In this document: positions 36,701 to 50,029 of the stretch, piece by piece
Layout: each line of letters starts with the position of its first letter
Position numbering within the stretch: the first letter of the stretch is position 1
Source of the DNA: Raillietiella orientalis
Taxonomy: Eukaryota
Assembly: GCA_036172245.1 (NCBI GenBank)
Contig: JAYWIR010000021.1
Coordinates: 2,108,001-2,172,000 of the forward strand
Length of the DNA: 64,000 nucleotides
Reading direction: 5' to 3'
Program-made: the position numbers and the translations under genes
Notes under the pieces: model-generated
What the model was told of the DNA's origin: nothing
What the model saw: the letters and a program-made list of their open reading frames with translations, nothing else
The model's database searches: none

Positions 36701-37550
36701 CGATAGACTGCTGCCAGGGATCAGCCGAGGCATTCCGGGATGAAGCCAACACGGTGGGCAACGCGAATACCTGCCTGCGGCGCCGCAGTGACCTGGAAGC
36801 ACGCGGCATCTCGCATAGCACGGGTGCGTGTACACTTGTCATCGTTTCGTACGTTACGACGTAAATGTGGTCGCAACGTGTCCCGAAGATTGCAGCGAAG
36901 ACTTTGGGGATGCGCAAACGAATTTGCGCACCGCCTCGTGTCCACGCACTCGAACGGCACGGCAGCAGCAACGACAACACGCGCCTGCTGCCAGTGCTAG
37001 TTGGTCGTAAAGGGGGAAGGGGAGGGGTGGAACCCCACGCGCCCGGTTGGTAATCCGCCCCGCCCCCTACGCGTGCAGAGCAGCCGTCGTTCCCTTCGTG
37101 GGCTCGTACGTCCGGTGGGGCTTCTCCCTCCTCCCCTCGCGTGCTCCTTCCACCTCTGCACGCTCTGCAAGGACGCGAAAGCTTTCCCAGCTCGAAGTGT
37201 GTCGTCGCGTACACGACGACGACGACGACGGGCGCCAAAAGCCCTTTCCTCCCACGGGAGCACAACGCTGCTCGAGCAGAGCTGCGACCGCGCGCGGGAG
37301 ACAAAGCAGTGCGGAGGCATCGAAGGCCCCCCTTTGCTGCTGGCTGGCACGGCGAGGACGGGGGGGGGGGCCGCCGTCCCACGCTGCTGCTGCTGCCTGC
37401 CGGCAATGAAGAAAGACACCTCTGAACACTCAATAATTTGTATTTCCGTTTTGTGAACAAAATAAAAGGTTTTTCGTTTCGGGCTGCTGCAATGCAATCT
37501 TGAAGCGAAACTGGTTCATTGACCGTAGATTAGTTAAATAAGCGTATTTT

Positions 37551-37556
37551 TTTATT
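37551..37556 (-). promoter_or_regulatory. Probable NCoR polyadenylation signal AATAAA
   Basis: TTTATT on +, about 80 nt past the NCoR stop, in an AT-rich patch. Confidence 0.55.
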
Positions 37557-37635
37557 GAAATCCAATTGCAATCAGTCTGCAGACAATAGAATCTAATGCT
37601 CTCCTGAGTATTAGGTACCCTGTTTTGGATGCGCG

Positions 37636-40600
37636 TCAGTCTTCGTCCGACAAGGACTCGTACTTGGCCAGCAGCAGCGGCGCCGGCTCTTCGCTGCTTT
37701 TGCTACCGGAAAACGTGGAATGAACAGCGTTGGTGGTGCTGGGGATCGTACTGCCCAAGGTGCGTACGGAAAGCGCCGAGTACGGGTACGCGTAGTTCTG
37801 CGCCAGGTGGTACGCGGAGTTGTACGAATTCGCGGGAACGGGCTCGGCTGGCGGACTAGAGAGACGGGAGGAAACTTGGGGGGCGGGGTCGTCGGCTTGC
37901 AGGGAGAACACGTCGTCTTCGCGGACGGGCGACGGACTAGCGGCGCCGTTCACATAGCAACCCTCCATGCTGTTCAGCTCGTGCGATCTTGCGGTCCTCT
38001 GGTCGTACCGCGCGTTCACCATGCTGTCGTCGACGACCTCCGCTTTCGGGGGCGGCGGCTTGTCCTCTGGAAGGTAGGGTCTGTGCAAATCGAGCGGGCT
38101 TGCGCAGGGGACCGAAATGCTCGAGCTCTTGGGCAACGGGGGGCAGAAGGGATTGGTGCGGCTGCAGATCGACCCTGCCTTCGCCTCGCCTCCAGTCTGT
38201 TCGGAAGTGCGCATGACCTCCGCGATTTTGTGGGACACATAGTCGAACAGGCGGGGTTTCTGCCGGTTCGAGCGCCATGCGTCCGGGATGGAGGAGGGGA
38301 CATCCTCCACGGAATAAGGAACTTGGTGATGCCCCCGGGGGTGCTGCATCAGGTTGAAAGGCCGCTCGTCTGCGGACGCGCGCTCCTTGTCCCACTCGGA
38401 CTGCAGAGCGCGCCTCAGTTTCCAGTTGACCAGCCGCGGATCGCTGTCCACGCCGGAATTCTGGGATGGGTCCAGTACCAAATCCTTAACGACTATGTTA
38501 TCGATGTTGTCTGCAGCCAGACAAACATCCCTGTCCGATCCACACCGTTCCCGCTCTACGATTTTGTCGGATTGCACTTCCTGGGATCTGAGACACGTGA
38601 TGGCATTCTTGACGCACTGTTCATCTTGCGGGGCACTGCTGAGGACGCTTGCTTTCAGAGTGAACCGAATTTGCGGGATACTTACTCGTTGCTGCCTTTC
38701 ACTCCGTCGGATACGCCGCTCTGGTTGATGGAATAGTGGATGATGGCGTCGATTAGAGTTCCGGCGCTGAGCGTCCGGTCTGCGCCGCTCCTCGCTATTT
38801 TTTCGGCGTCCTTCGGAAAGAGCATCTGCGACATCTTCTTTTCCAGATCGATGGTTTTGTGGTTCTGCACGGAGCGCCCGTTCCGCCGGATGTCCCCCTG
38901 CTTCAGCTCGTGCTCGAACTGCTCTTTGGAGAACGGCTGCCCGTGGTACGTGGAGTTGTCGAAGGGCAGAATCCTTTTGTCGACCGAACGCCTGACTCGC
39001 CGGACCAACGAGTCCGCGAGCCCTTCCGGTTTCCCGTCGGGCTGCATCGGGCTCGACGGCGAGGGCAACGAGGTTTTGGGCACCGCCAAACTCGGCTGCG
39101 CAGCTACCACGTTGACGAACGTGGCAAAAGCGTCGTGGTCTGACGGGTAGGAGAGAGAGGTCACTGGTAATTCGTTAGATTCTTTCAAAGAATGCAGCTT
39201 GGCGGATGACGGCGACAGCGTAGTCCTCTGAATGACGCCTTGACGTGGAGGGGTCAGCGACACAGATATCGGGGATTTTTCGGTGTAAAGCTTATTCGCA
39301 CTGCTGAACGCCGAAACGGGGGTGGTGGAATCACGAGGTATATAGTAATTCGAGTTTTCACAAGAAACGTGCGGATAATAAAAACCGAAACGGGAATCAC
39401 CTAAAGCCACACTTTTTGCATCTTGAGATCTACGCATATCCTTGTCACTTTTGCAGGCATGCATTTGCTGGGATGTTATGTAGTCATTAAAAATAATCTG
39501 CCGATTACGCATTTGAGATTCAGACACAGCAGACGGACGATGCACAGGAGTAGTCGGCATGGTTCCCAAAGGTCGTTTATACAATGTCTCAACTTGAGAT
39601 CGATCGAATGGAAGTGGTGTTTTTGGAATACTTTTAACTTCATTCAATAACACACTGGCAGGTTTACTAGGCGGTGGAATTGATGCATTCCGCTTGAGAT
39701 CGGGATGCATGGGCAACCCCTGAGTGATTGAACCTTTATCTTTCGATGGTGCATTAGATATGCGAAGCAAGGTATCATAACGAGAAATCGATTGATTGAG
39801 AGGCATCGTGCAAATCGGAGTGCCATGAGTGATGGATCCACTAGGAGGACTAGGTTTCTCTACATACAAAATAGTGGGATTTCCTTTCGAAAGCAGTACA
39901 GGAGGTTTCGTGGTTAGCAAAGAATGTGACGAAGTTTGCATCTGAGATGGTGATGCCCATGGAGACCTGAGTCCTGAAGACAAGATGTGAGGAGCTTGTC
40001 TTAACAAGTTGGTATCCGGAACGAAAATGGATGGAGACTTGGTTGGAGTATATGCAACATCACACTGATCCAGCATCGGAGGAAGATGGGATTCTGGAGG
40101 ACGTGAGTATTGAATATTACAATGCGCAGGAGGAGGGCGAGAAGGATCTCCATCTTGAACATTTACTTTAAAGTTGTGCTTTGAAAGTTCATTGGGGAAA
40201 ATGTTCATTTTGTTTGAATCCTTCTTCATGCTGAGATCTTGCACCTGCTGATCAACTGGTGCAGATCCTTCAGATTTCAAAGGAACCTGGCAGTTCAAGT
40301 CTGGTGAGCTCAACTGATGGGTTAAAATGCCTGCATCATGACGCAGAACACCCATATCTTTGTCAGTTTGCAGGATTGAATGGAGAGTGGGAGAGGAACT
40401 TGGAGCAGGTTGCACAACGGACGCACAGTTATTGGTTTCGGATTTCATGGTTTGCTTGATGGTCTTGTATATGATGTCCTTTAGTGAAATCGTGTCTTTC
40501 AAGTCTTCATTCAAAGGAGCAGACAAAGCACTCATGTCTTCAGCTCGCATTTCTTCCTGGCCTTCAGCATCCTCATCAGCACTCACGGTCATTGAACTAT

Positions 40601-43600
40601 CATCTTCTTCTCTTCCAACTGCTTCCTTATTTTCAATACCAAAGGAGCCTAAAAACAGAATGGGAACCAGCCTATCCAAATATAGGCAATTTAAGTCACT
40701 AACCTAACTGAATCATGTTCTTATTATCCTCCAAAACGGAACCATCTAGCACATTACCATCCTCATCTTCACAGCTGTTGGCTTGATTGAGTTTCATGCT
40801 CTATACAAGACAGATAAATTCCCTTGGTTCAATCACTGTACATACTTTAAACTTATTTTCCTCCAATGTATCAAACATGTCTTGATGCTGAACGTAGAAA
40901 CTGCTGCATTCAGTTGGTGTGCGTGTCTGAACAGCATTTGCCACTTGCACCCAGTCACAACCAAAACCTCTGATATATATTTAAAAAGAGAGAAAAAAGG
41001 AAAAGGAAAAAAAACATACACACACACACACACACACAAATGATGGAAGCAGCACACTGACAATAAAAAGGAAAAGCATACCTAATGGCATCTCGAAGCT
41101 GGCAAATTTCCAACTCTGACCACTCATCAAGATGCGACAATTGTTCACCTTCACAATAACCGGAATTGCCCATTCGCTGAGCAATCCTTGTGAAGCACGA
41201 TGTACAGCATTTAGATGTTCCTTCAGGCATTTCTAAAGAACCAATGGCGTCCTCATATGATCTCACAACTTACGAAGTTCCTTGACAATGGCCTGTCGTA
41301 AATTTGCATCAAGAGTGGACCAAGTTGCAGGCAGTGGCCTTAATTTCTTGACACGCCAACGTGGAGTTGGGCATGTCTGTACAGGGCACCTAAACACGCA
41401 AAACACACATACTCAGTGGACAGATGATAGCAGGGGCACGAACAACTAACTGATTGAAGCGACGGCGAATTACTTGACTACGGCATGCATGGCACACACG
41501 TAAATCTTCTCCTTCAACATCCTTTTCTTGCAATCCATACTGAATAACCTCGGAACGTTTGAGGGGGCGTGAATTGCACATGTTTTCCATTTCCGTTTTA
41601 CACACAGCACAGCAATAGGCACCACTCACCTTAGCTACAACAAGCCCTTGTGATTTAATCCCCTGCATTCCAACTTACTAGACACATTTTCCTCCTCTTC
41701 ACTCTCAACTGATTCATCTTTCCTGCGCTCACTCTTCTGCACATCACTATAAACACAGCTCACTGCTATTTCTACATCCACCATTAATCTTACCTCTTTA
41801 CATGAGTCTCTACACATGTATTCATATTTTCCTCTGTTTGTTTCTGCTGCTCCCTTTGTATCGAACTTCGTGTGGTAACTCCTGAATTATTATTCAGAAT
41901 TTCAGCCGTTGAGTGCAAAGGTTTGGCAAGCTGCCTGGCTCGATTTCTGGCACGTGACTTGCGCAGGAGCTGTTTGTAATTCTCCTTCTTTTTGCTCAAA
42001 TAATAGTACAAGACACAATCAGCAACATTCTTGCGTTCCAAATATGAAGCAATTAAACCAAAATTCTTAGGATGCTGCAAAAATTTTTCTTTGAAAAGTT
42101 CTTTCTCCTGATCGGACCAAACATTCAGCAGCAATCTGTTATGGTACTCTTGCATTGGATCTTCGATGAGACCGTGCATTTTCACATAGCGAAACTTCCG
42201 CTGATCCGGTGTCAGCACAGGACCAGGAACCACAGCCAGCGAGCGCATTTTCTTATCTTCCAATTCTTGATCTTGGAGGTTGTCGACAATCTCTTCCATC
42301 TCTGCATCACTCTTGATGCGCCCACTTCCCCTGTAGCAAATCATCAATACCACTCATCCATAATTATTAGTGTAACCTGCAAAAGCGTTCGCGTTCTTCC
42401 CGCTGTTTTCTTAGCTCTGGAAACACTTTCTCAAAATAATCCCTGTTTCGAAGTCGCCTTTTCCCAACAGCCTCCAAATCCATGTTATGTAGCCACTGGG
42501 CTTGAAGTTTACCATAGGTCTCACAGAGAAACCGCTGATGACACTGTTCTTGTTCATGACGCTGCCTCAAGTACTGAACTAACCGCTGCTTCAGCATGTT
42601 GTGACATCGACGGTTCTCATGATAGACAGTTGTATCTGTGGGTTGGTTGTACAGCGGCTATTAAAACCTTCAAAATTGAAGCAAGGCAAAATCATCATTT
42701 GAACGTACCAGATCTACGTGCTGCCCTAATTTCGCAAGAACCTGATGTGCTTCCTGAGCATGCCTCTGCAACATATGCTGCCATGGACCCAGTGATGTCT
42801 ATTCTATGCCTACCCTATTCTCTGCATATATCTTTTGAGCCAGACTGTGGTGTGGAGCCTCTTTTGACTCTTCTGACAGCTCATTGCACTGCAGGGGATT
42901 TGAGGCTGCCAGCTCCTGGTGTTTTTTCTTGAGATTACTGATTTGGGACTCTGCCATGGCAATGTCTCTCTCAATCTTCCCAATTTTTTGCAACAAGTCT
43001 GTTTTTGTACTAAGAAGTGGGGACTCTTCACGAAGTGCTTCTCCAGGCAGAGTAGGACTAATGGCTTCAACCTGGGGATGGTATGCGGGTTCTTTACGTA
43101 GATCAGTGTCAACATGCAGAGGCTGACGGTGATCATATTTGTATTCTAAATTTAAGGCCAGTCTCGGTCGCTTAAGAGGGACTTCTTCAGAATGCGGGCC
43201 TCCAGCATATGTTCCCAAAGGATGAGAGGTGGAAGCTGGCTCCAGCACCTGTACCAGCTTTCCATGTTGATCCACAACATGTACAAGATCACCACGGTCA
43301 GCCCGACTTAACATATGTGTAGAATATTCAGAACCTGCTTTAAGGAAGCCTACCCATAAATATGGCCATATCCCCTCTCTCTATCAGGCAGAAGTCCACT
43401 GTGCTGCATATCTGCCTCGTATACTGAAGAAGTTAACAAGGATGGTCTTCTTCTAACCACAGGGAACTCCATGATTCGACTCCCTGTCTAAAGTAGAGAA
43501 CACAAATTGTTTCTGAATTATCGCAAGAACCCACTGGTAAGTTTAGGTGAGATGCCGTTGTCAAATGGACAGTTGGATATGTGGATGCCTCTCTTAATGC

Positions 43601-43702
43601 ATAGTGCTGTTGGGAGAGAGCAGGGTAACGACTATGCTGGACATATCTACTTCCATCAGGTGCGAGAGGGTACCCTCGAGAAATTACTGGAGGTGACATC
43701 AT
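37636..43702 (-). CDS. NCoR: Nuclear receptor corepressor NCoR/SMRT (SMRTER-like), about 1791 aa, 14 coding exons: 43702-43535, 43487-43354, 43306-42814, 42765-42709, 42657-42377, 42330-41794, 41746-41679, 41634-41451, 41389-41274, 41232-41082, 40969-40846, 40800-40704, 40648-38686, 38638-37636.
   Basis: RRRPSLL; YHPQVEAISPTLP followed by the GPS2-binding coiled coil (KTDLLQKIGKIERDIAMAESQISNLKKK); PLYNQP; YFEKVFPELRKQREERERF; DAD/SANT1 (WSDQEKELFKEKFLQHPKNFGLIASYLERKNVADCVLYYYLSKK); SANT2 (WSELEICQLRDAIRGFGCDWVQVANAV); GSITxG repeats; NDYITSQQM; CoRNR-like LIDAII; C-terminal YESLSDED*. Summed exons are 5376 nt, divisible by 3. An acceptor at 43740-43742 implies upstream non-coding exon(s). 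Confidence 0.96.
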
Positions 43703-45846
43703 TGTGTTTTCATTTTTTAAACCTCCTTCTTGAAAGTTTCTGCAAAACAAATGCACAAAACTAAACTTTCAGAGTTTTTTGTTTTTGTTTTTGTTTTACA
43801 CAAATCACTCATTAGTTACTGAGCGGTTACTGAGTGCGAAAAGTATCCTTTGTTTCGCATTGAATCGCGTCTTACGAAGTGTTTTTCTTGTCCAATAAAG
43901 AAAAAACTTGCTTTGAACTGATAGTTATGCAACCGATTCTGAACTGGCAGGACGAGAGAGACTCTTTCCAGAGAGAGAGAGAGAGAGAGAGAGCTGGCTC
44001 TTCAAAAAATCTTTCTAGTGATTTCTTTACTAATCATTACTTGGCTAACCCGTCGTTTGATAAGACTCTTCTATGTAATTACACTACCAGAGGAATCCGA
44101 TACTGTAGTTTTCCTTCTGGGCTTTGTTCAATAAATCAACCATATTGTTTATTGCTGGTACAATTTTTCCATTTATCTTCCCTGGCATTCAATAAATGAT
44201 GCAAACATGAAAAGCCCTCCTCCATACCAACATTACTTTGGCGAATTGCTTATAGACGCATGTTCTTGTTCACTCAATTTTCAGACAATGATGATGATTT
44301 GTGTGTGTGTGTGTGTGTGTTTTCGAGGTGATTCTTGCAGCCACACATTTCCCAAACTCATTATTCTATTACGGAAACGGCAAAAAAAAAAAAAAAACGT
44401 ACGTAATTTGTTAGTGATGCCTAATGAAGTTCAAGGTATGATTACTGGGTGGGGGGGGGGGATGTGCTGTTTCTGATGCGAGTCGATTAAAGCTTCTGAA
44501 AAACAAACGGGGTGTGATTCCTTTTGCTCTTCGTCGTGGAAAACCAATTTGCCCGACGGGAATATTTTGCTGGTGCGTAATGCAGGTTGTTCTCTACCTT
44601 GCGCGCGCACATACCACGGCAGTGTGACGATAATTTGCACTCGTGCAAAAAAAAGCACATGCACGGAACAAATTTTCATCTGCGATTCCGGTCAACAGGC
44701 CACGAGACGAAACTTCCATCATACTTCACATTTGTGAAACGACGCGTTCCCCAATTCACCTGGCAATAAGCTACGGACTGGGCTGCGGATCAAACCTTGC
44801 CGCCGACTTCTGGCATGCCTGAACTGCACTAATGTATACTGCGAAATACATTCAGAATGCCAATAAATACGACTTTGGTGATCAGCGAATTTCGCGCTGC
44901 CATCAACCACGGAACAGCCCCGTGTCTTTCTGTAACCGCACTCTTCTGCTACAGCTTGCGCCACCACTCCTGGCCTCTTGGCCTGAAGGTCGAAAGCTTT
45001 TCGGTCATCCTGGGAAGTGGCTGCGTTAGCAACCACAGAAGAAGTCACCTCCGTTCAAAGTTACTTCACGCACACTTCCTCCTCCGATTTCCAGCCCTGG
45101 GCGCCCTCGTAGAAAGAAGGGGGGGGGGGATAAAAAAAAATCCTGTCCATCCTCTTTCCACCCAAAGAGGAGGAAAGAAAAGGGAGAAACCGAACATGCA
45201 AGGGTTCTGCACCTTAGGGTACACCTCGAGATCTTCCATTTGCGACCTGCTGTGCGTTTTTCAGCGTGCCGTGCTGCGCGGTTTGTAAGTTGCATGCCTT
45301 TATCTCTCCGGGAACAAAGAGAACTTAATCAACGGCGTTCCAGTTGACCAATCTTCGCAGAATCTTTGCAGAAAAGGTTCCCATTAACTTCCGTATTTAT
45401 CACAAACCCTGACAGCTCGATTATCCCCACCTTGCAACGCTCGCTTCCTTCCGTTTTCAGTGGGCAACCGTTTCCACGTAAAGTTGAGTAATAGAAGTTC
45501 GCTGGTGACCATGAGAGCGGCAACGTTAAGTGATCTATCAATTACATCGATCCCTATTATCCGCAGCATGGAATGGGAAGCTTTTTCTCGACACGCCGCC
45601 ACTTTTTCGCAAGATATATTCCTGTCGGAACTGACAACGGGGGCGGTTCGGTACGGTACAGCTACTGCCCCTTTCGCCAAGACTTTGGCAGAGCATCTTT
45701 TGAGCGATCTGACATGCAGCAACCGATACGAACACACAAAGCCAACCCAATTACCTTTACACACACTTCATCGGCGTTAATGAGGAACGATTAAGAACGA
45801 ATTCCGTGCGTTTGATGGTTCCAACTCGGAGGGGGGGAGGGGGACG

Positions 45847-45849
<3 letters not shown>

Positions 45850-45918
<69 letters not shown>
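45850..45918. repeat. (AC)n microsatellite, about 34 units
   Basis: Perfect dinucleotide run seen directly. Confidence 0.97.
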
Positions 45919-45920
<2 letters not shown>

Positions 45921-47138
45921 ATCACAAAACCAGCACAAGCAAAAAACTGAAATTGCTTCGAAAGTACTGCATCCCAATCAACACGGATTGATTCTTCAAT
46001 CAGAGGATGAAAAATTCCGCGTCCAAAACAGCATAAACCAAATGAAACAAAAAAAAAAAAATCAGCTGCCTACGTTGATCCTTTCGCCGGTAACTGCCAC
46101 AAAAGATGGACTATCATCCAAACGAGGACCAATTACATATCGGACGAAACCTGAAATCCTGCTCCAGTTTCACATTATGAAGGTGATGAAGACGATTCGA
46201 ACCAACACAAAGTGCAAAATCAAGGGGGTTTCACGGATCACACACAAAAGGGAGGGGGGGGGAGGAAGGAAAAAGCATTCAACCCTTCTCTCCCCTTCCC
46301 ACGAGTCTGCTCCACACGAAGGACGCGCGGATCCACGGCTCTGCAGAATGGAGAAATCGAAAAACCGCACGTAAGGGCCACGTGTGCTAAATAGAATACA
46401 TGGTACATAGGTGTGGACAGGGGGAGGGGGGGGGGCGAAATTCAAGTTAACCAAAACAGAGAAGAGGGAGAGAGGAAGAGGGAGGATTCATAATCACGAA
46501 GCGCTCTTCCTCCGCGTACATATACCCTTCAAAAAGGATGAACGCCAGCGGTCCTCCGGAGGGGACTCCAAAGAACCCACCGGGGAAAAAGCGGGATCGG
46601 AGGAAGCAAAAAGTTCGATGAAAAACTTGGGAGCAGTCCTCACGCTGAAGTAAACGGTTCAGAGATCGGTACAGTACAGTACTACTGTTGTTGTTGGTAA
46701 AAAGTACATTCGCTGGATCGTCCGTTTGATCCTCGTGGGCGATCGCATCGTCTCGCAGGGAAACGTCCCCACTTGCACAAACAGGCCGAAAACAAAACTG
46801 CTAATCATCATCAGGGTAATTAAGCTGCCACATTTCCTCGAGCTACATGAATGCTGCATGGTGGTGACTCATGCAGCTCAACTCCGTGCCGAGCGCAGAT
46901 CACCGCGCCGTCGCGGCGACGACCGCTGCCGCAGCCTCCCCGAGGACCACCGCCGCCACTCTACCGCGTGGAATGCCACTTCGGGAGAGATGCTTCACCC
47001 CTGCGGAGCGAAGCATCCCGCGCAACACGGAAGATCGGAGGAATGTACACGAAGGGTGTTTTTTCACGAAGGGCACGGAGAGGTGCGGGGCACGGCATGC
47101 GGGAGCCAAGGTGTCGTCGTCATCACTGCCGGGTGGTG

Positions 47139-47170
<32 letters not shown>

Positions 47171-49992
47171 CAAGGAGAGCCGATTCGAGCACACGGCGGC
47201 ACCAGTGGCACACACTCCCTTCCTGGAACACTACTCGTGACACCGAGTTCCGGTTTGTCGGGCGGCACTGCCTCAATGAGTGCTTTTTGCTGGCAGCCTC
47301 GCCGCACTCTCCCTCTCCCTCTCTCCCGGATTTCATAAACGTTCACCTCGTCTCACACGCTCGAGACGCGGAAGGCAGAATCTCAAGCGGGCAAGTGGGA
47401 GTGCCTTATGCAAAGTAACTTTGCTCTCTACACTGGACATTATTCCGTGGGGCGTATTCTTTTTTTTTTTTGGTTGTCTTTTTTTTTTTGGGGGGGGGGG
47501 CTTCGGGTTAACGATGCGGGTCTTCCCCCCCCCCCCCGCACGCCTCCGTGGAACTGCCGTTTCGTGAGACGCAAACTTGAGAAAGCGCATCCACAGTTTT
47601 ACACAGAAAGTAACAGATGGCCAAAATGATTATTTTACCTCGATGATAGGTTCGCACCAACTCTCTGATGGAATGCCGATGTTTGGGGCTGATGTCCTGA
47701 GGTGCCAGAAATGTTTCCGAGTGATTTCACCTCCATATCATCTCCATTATTCCAATAGAAAGAATATCCTTTCAGCGTTACGTCATGATAATACGCATTT
47801 TTTTTACAGGAAAAAAAACCTACTGCAATGACAGACGAATCACAAAAATACACACACACACACACACACACAGACACACATGCAGACACCGCCTGTGGCA
47901 CGCACACACCCGCGACACACTATCGCCATGCTGGGGAAACGCATCCACGATCGAGCACGGGAAGGGCAACCCATCCTCTGCATGCTTACTACTTTACAAA
48001 TAAATGACCCACATCCAAGGATCCGAATGAAAGGTGGGAATAGAAAATTTCGATCACCCATTCCGGAAGGAACAACACGCAGATGCCATTAGCGGCGTTT
48101 TCCAGCCCACTGGGGAACACACACAACGTCGGCTCGGACACAACGACTTGACCGGCGGATTCCCCGCGGGAAAAGGCTCTCTCGTCACAGCAAAAGCCCC
48201 CATCACAAGAATCGCACACCGTCCCACTCGGAAGCCATCTTTTCTTTTCTTTTCTTTTCTTTTCTTTTTTTTTCTTTCTTTCTTTCCTTTTTTACCTTTG
48301 CTTTCGTTGGCCTGCCGTTTCGAAATCTTCGCAACCTACGACGACGGTTGTTCTGCAACCCGAGCGGCTCGCATGGCAAAAGCGAACACAACACGACGCA
48401 CGTGCACACCACCGCCCCTCGCAAAAACTGCGGTGTTTCCACCCCATTCACCGTGCGTACACCGACCAGCAGCAAGTGATGTAACGCACATCAAAACTTT
48501 GTTCCAACTTCTCTCTCTCTCTCTCCCTCCCTCTCCCCGAACTGCACACGGAACACGTGACGTACACACACAAAGTACATTCCCTAAATTAGGCAACACA
48601 GCACTCAAATGTTCCTAAACTGTGAGACAAAACCGAAGGCCGCTCTTGATGGGTTTCGTTTTTTTCCCCGACTGCGTCACACTTGCTCGGCATAGAAACG
48701 TCCCGGCGTTGCCAATTCTCCGGCTCGTGTGAACGTAGAGAGGCCCAGCATAGGCAAGGAAAGGAGAGGAGGAAGGAAGGGAAAAAAAAAAAAAAAAGAA
48801 AGAAAGAAAGAAAACGTAACCTGTCTCACCTATTACTCCGTTCCCCAGTATTTTTTTTTTTTTTTTTTTTTACCTCTCCCTCTCTCTCTCTCTCTTTCTC
48901 TTCCTTTCTTTCCTCTTTTTCCTCGTGCCGACGTTTCACAGAATTGTACACTTTTCCCCAACCGCGAACACCTCGAAACAATCTCACACGGTTTGTCGTT
49001 GGCTTTCTTTGATGACGATTTCCGCTCTTACGAGGGCCCCGGACACACAAAATGTGGGGTGGTGCGACGACAGAAAATCTGCCCACCCCCCTCACACAAG
49101 GATGCATGGGAAGCACGCCATCGCCGCCCCCCCCCCCTCCGCACACAGACAACCACAACCGCAGCAACACAAAAAAAAAAAAAAAAAAATGAGAGAATAC
49201 GGGAAAACGTACAGAAGGCGATGTGTGGAAACGCAGATCCAAAACAAAACCTCGGCACTGGGACGGGAGGGGACGAGAAAAAGGGAAAAAAAAAAAAAAA
49301 AAAAAGGAAAAAATTCCCTTTTCCTCACGTGAACACCACGAGGCGATCCCCCCCCCCCTCACACTCACACTCACACTCACACACACACACACACACACAC
49401 ACTCAAAACGAAAAAAAACCCAAAAGGGAAGAAGAAAAACCTTTGAGGAACACCCGAAACTTGCTTGCAACATCGCATGCAGCAAAAGTGAACAACACAT
49501 CACCCCCAACAACTTATTTCACTGGATTTTTCCACGCACTAAAATCGGAATTGTCCGCTTTGTTCTCGATTATGATCTACGCTGCGTTGCCAAATTCACC
49601 TCCACGCCATATTGTACCCAAAGTCTGCGATACCGAGAGCATTTTGTGTGCAGCGGATTGCTGGCCACTTTGCCTTGCTGGGGGGGGGGGGGAGGGGGGG
49701 GTTCACACACACAGTGTACACTACGCACCTCGGAATGCGGTGGTGGTCAGGTTCCTTCCTGCCGCCTTCCTTTTTTTTTTTTAAAAAAAAAAAAGGAAAA
49801 CAAAAAAAAAAACGAAATGAGAAATAAAAATACCTATGGTAAAACTGAGCACGCACGCGGGTTTTCGTTGCAGCAAAAACAAAATCGAAACCCACGGAAT
49901 TGGGCAGCTTTCACGTAAAGTGTGATGAGGCATCGTGGTTTCAAGGAATACAATTTACAGACATCCTTGAATAGAAACAACAAAAAAAGGAA

Positions 49993-50029
<37 letters not shown>

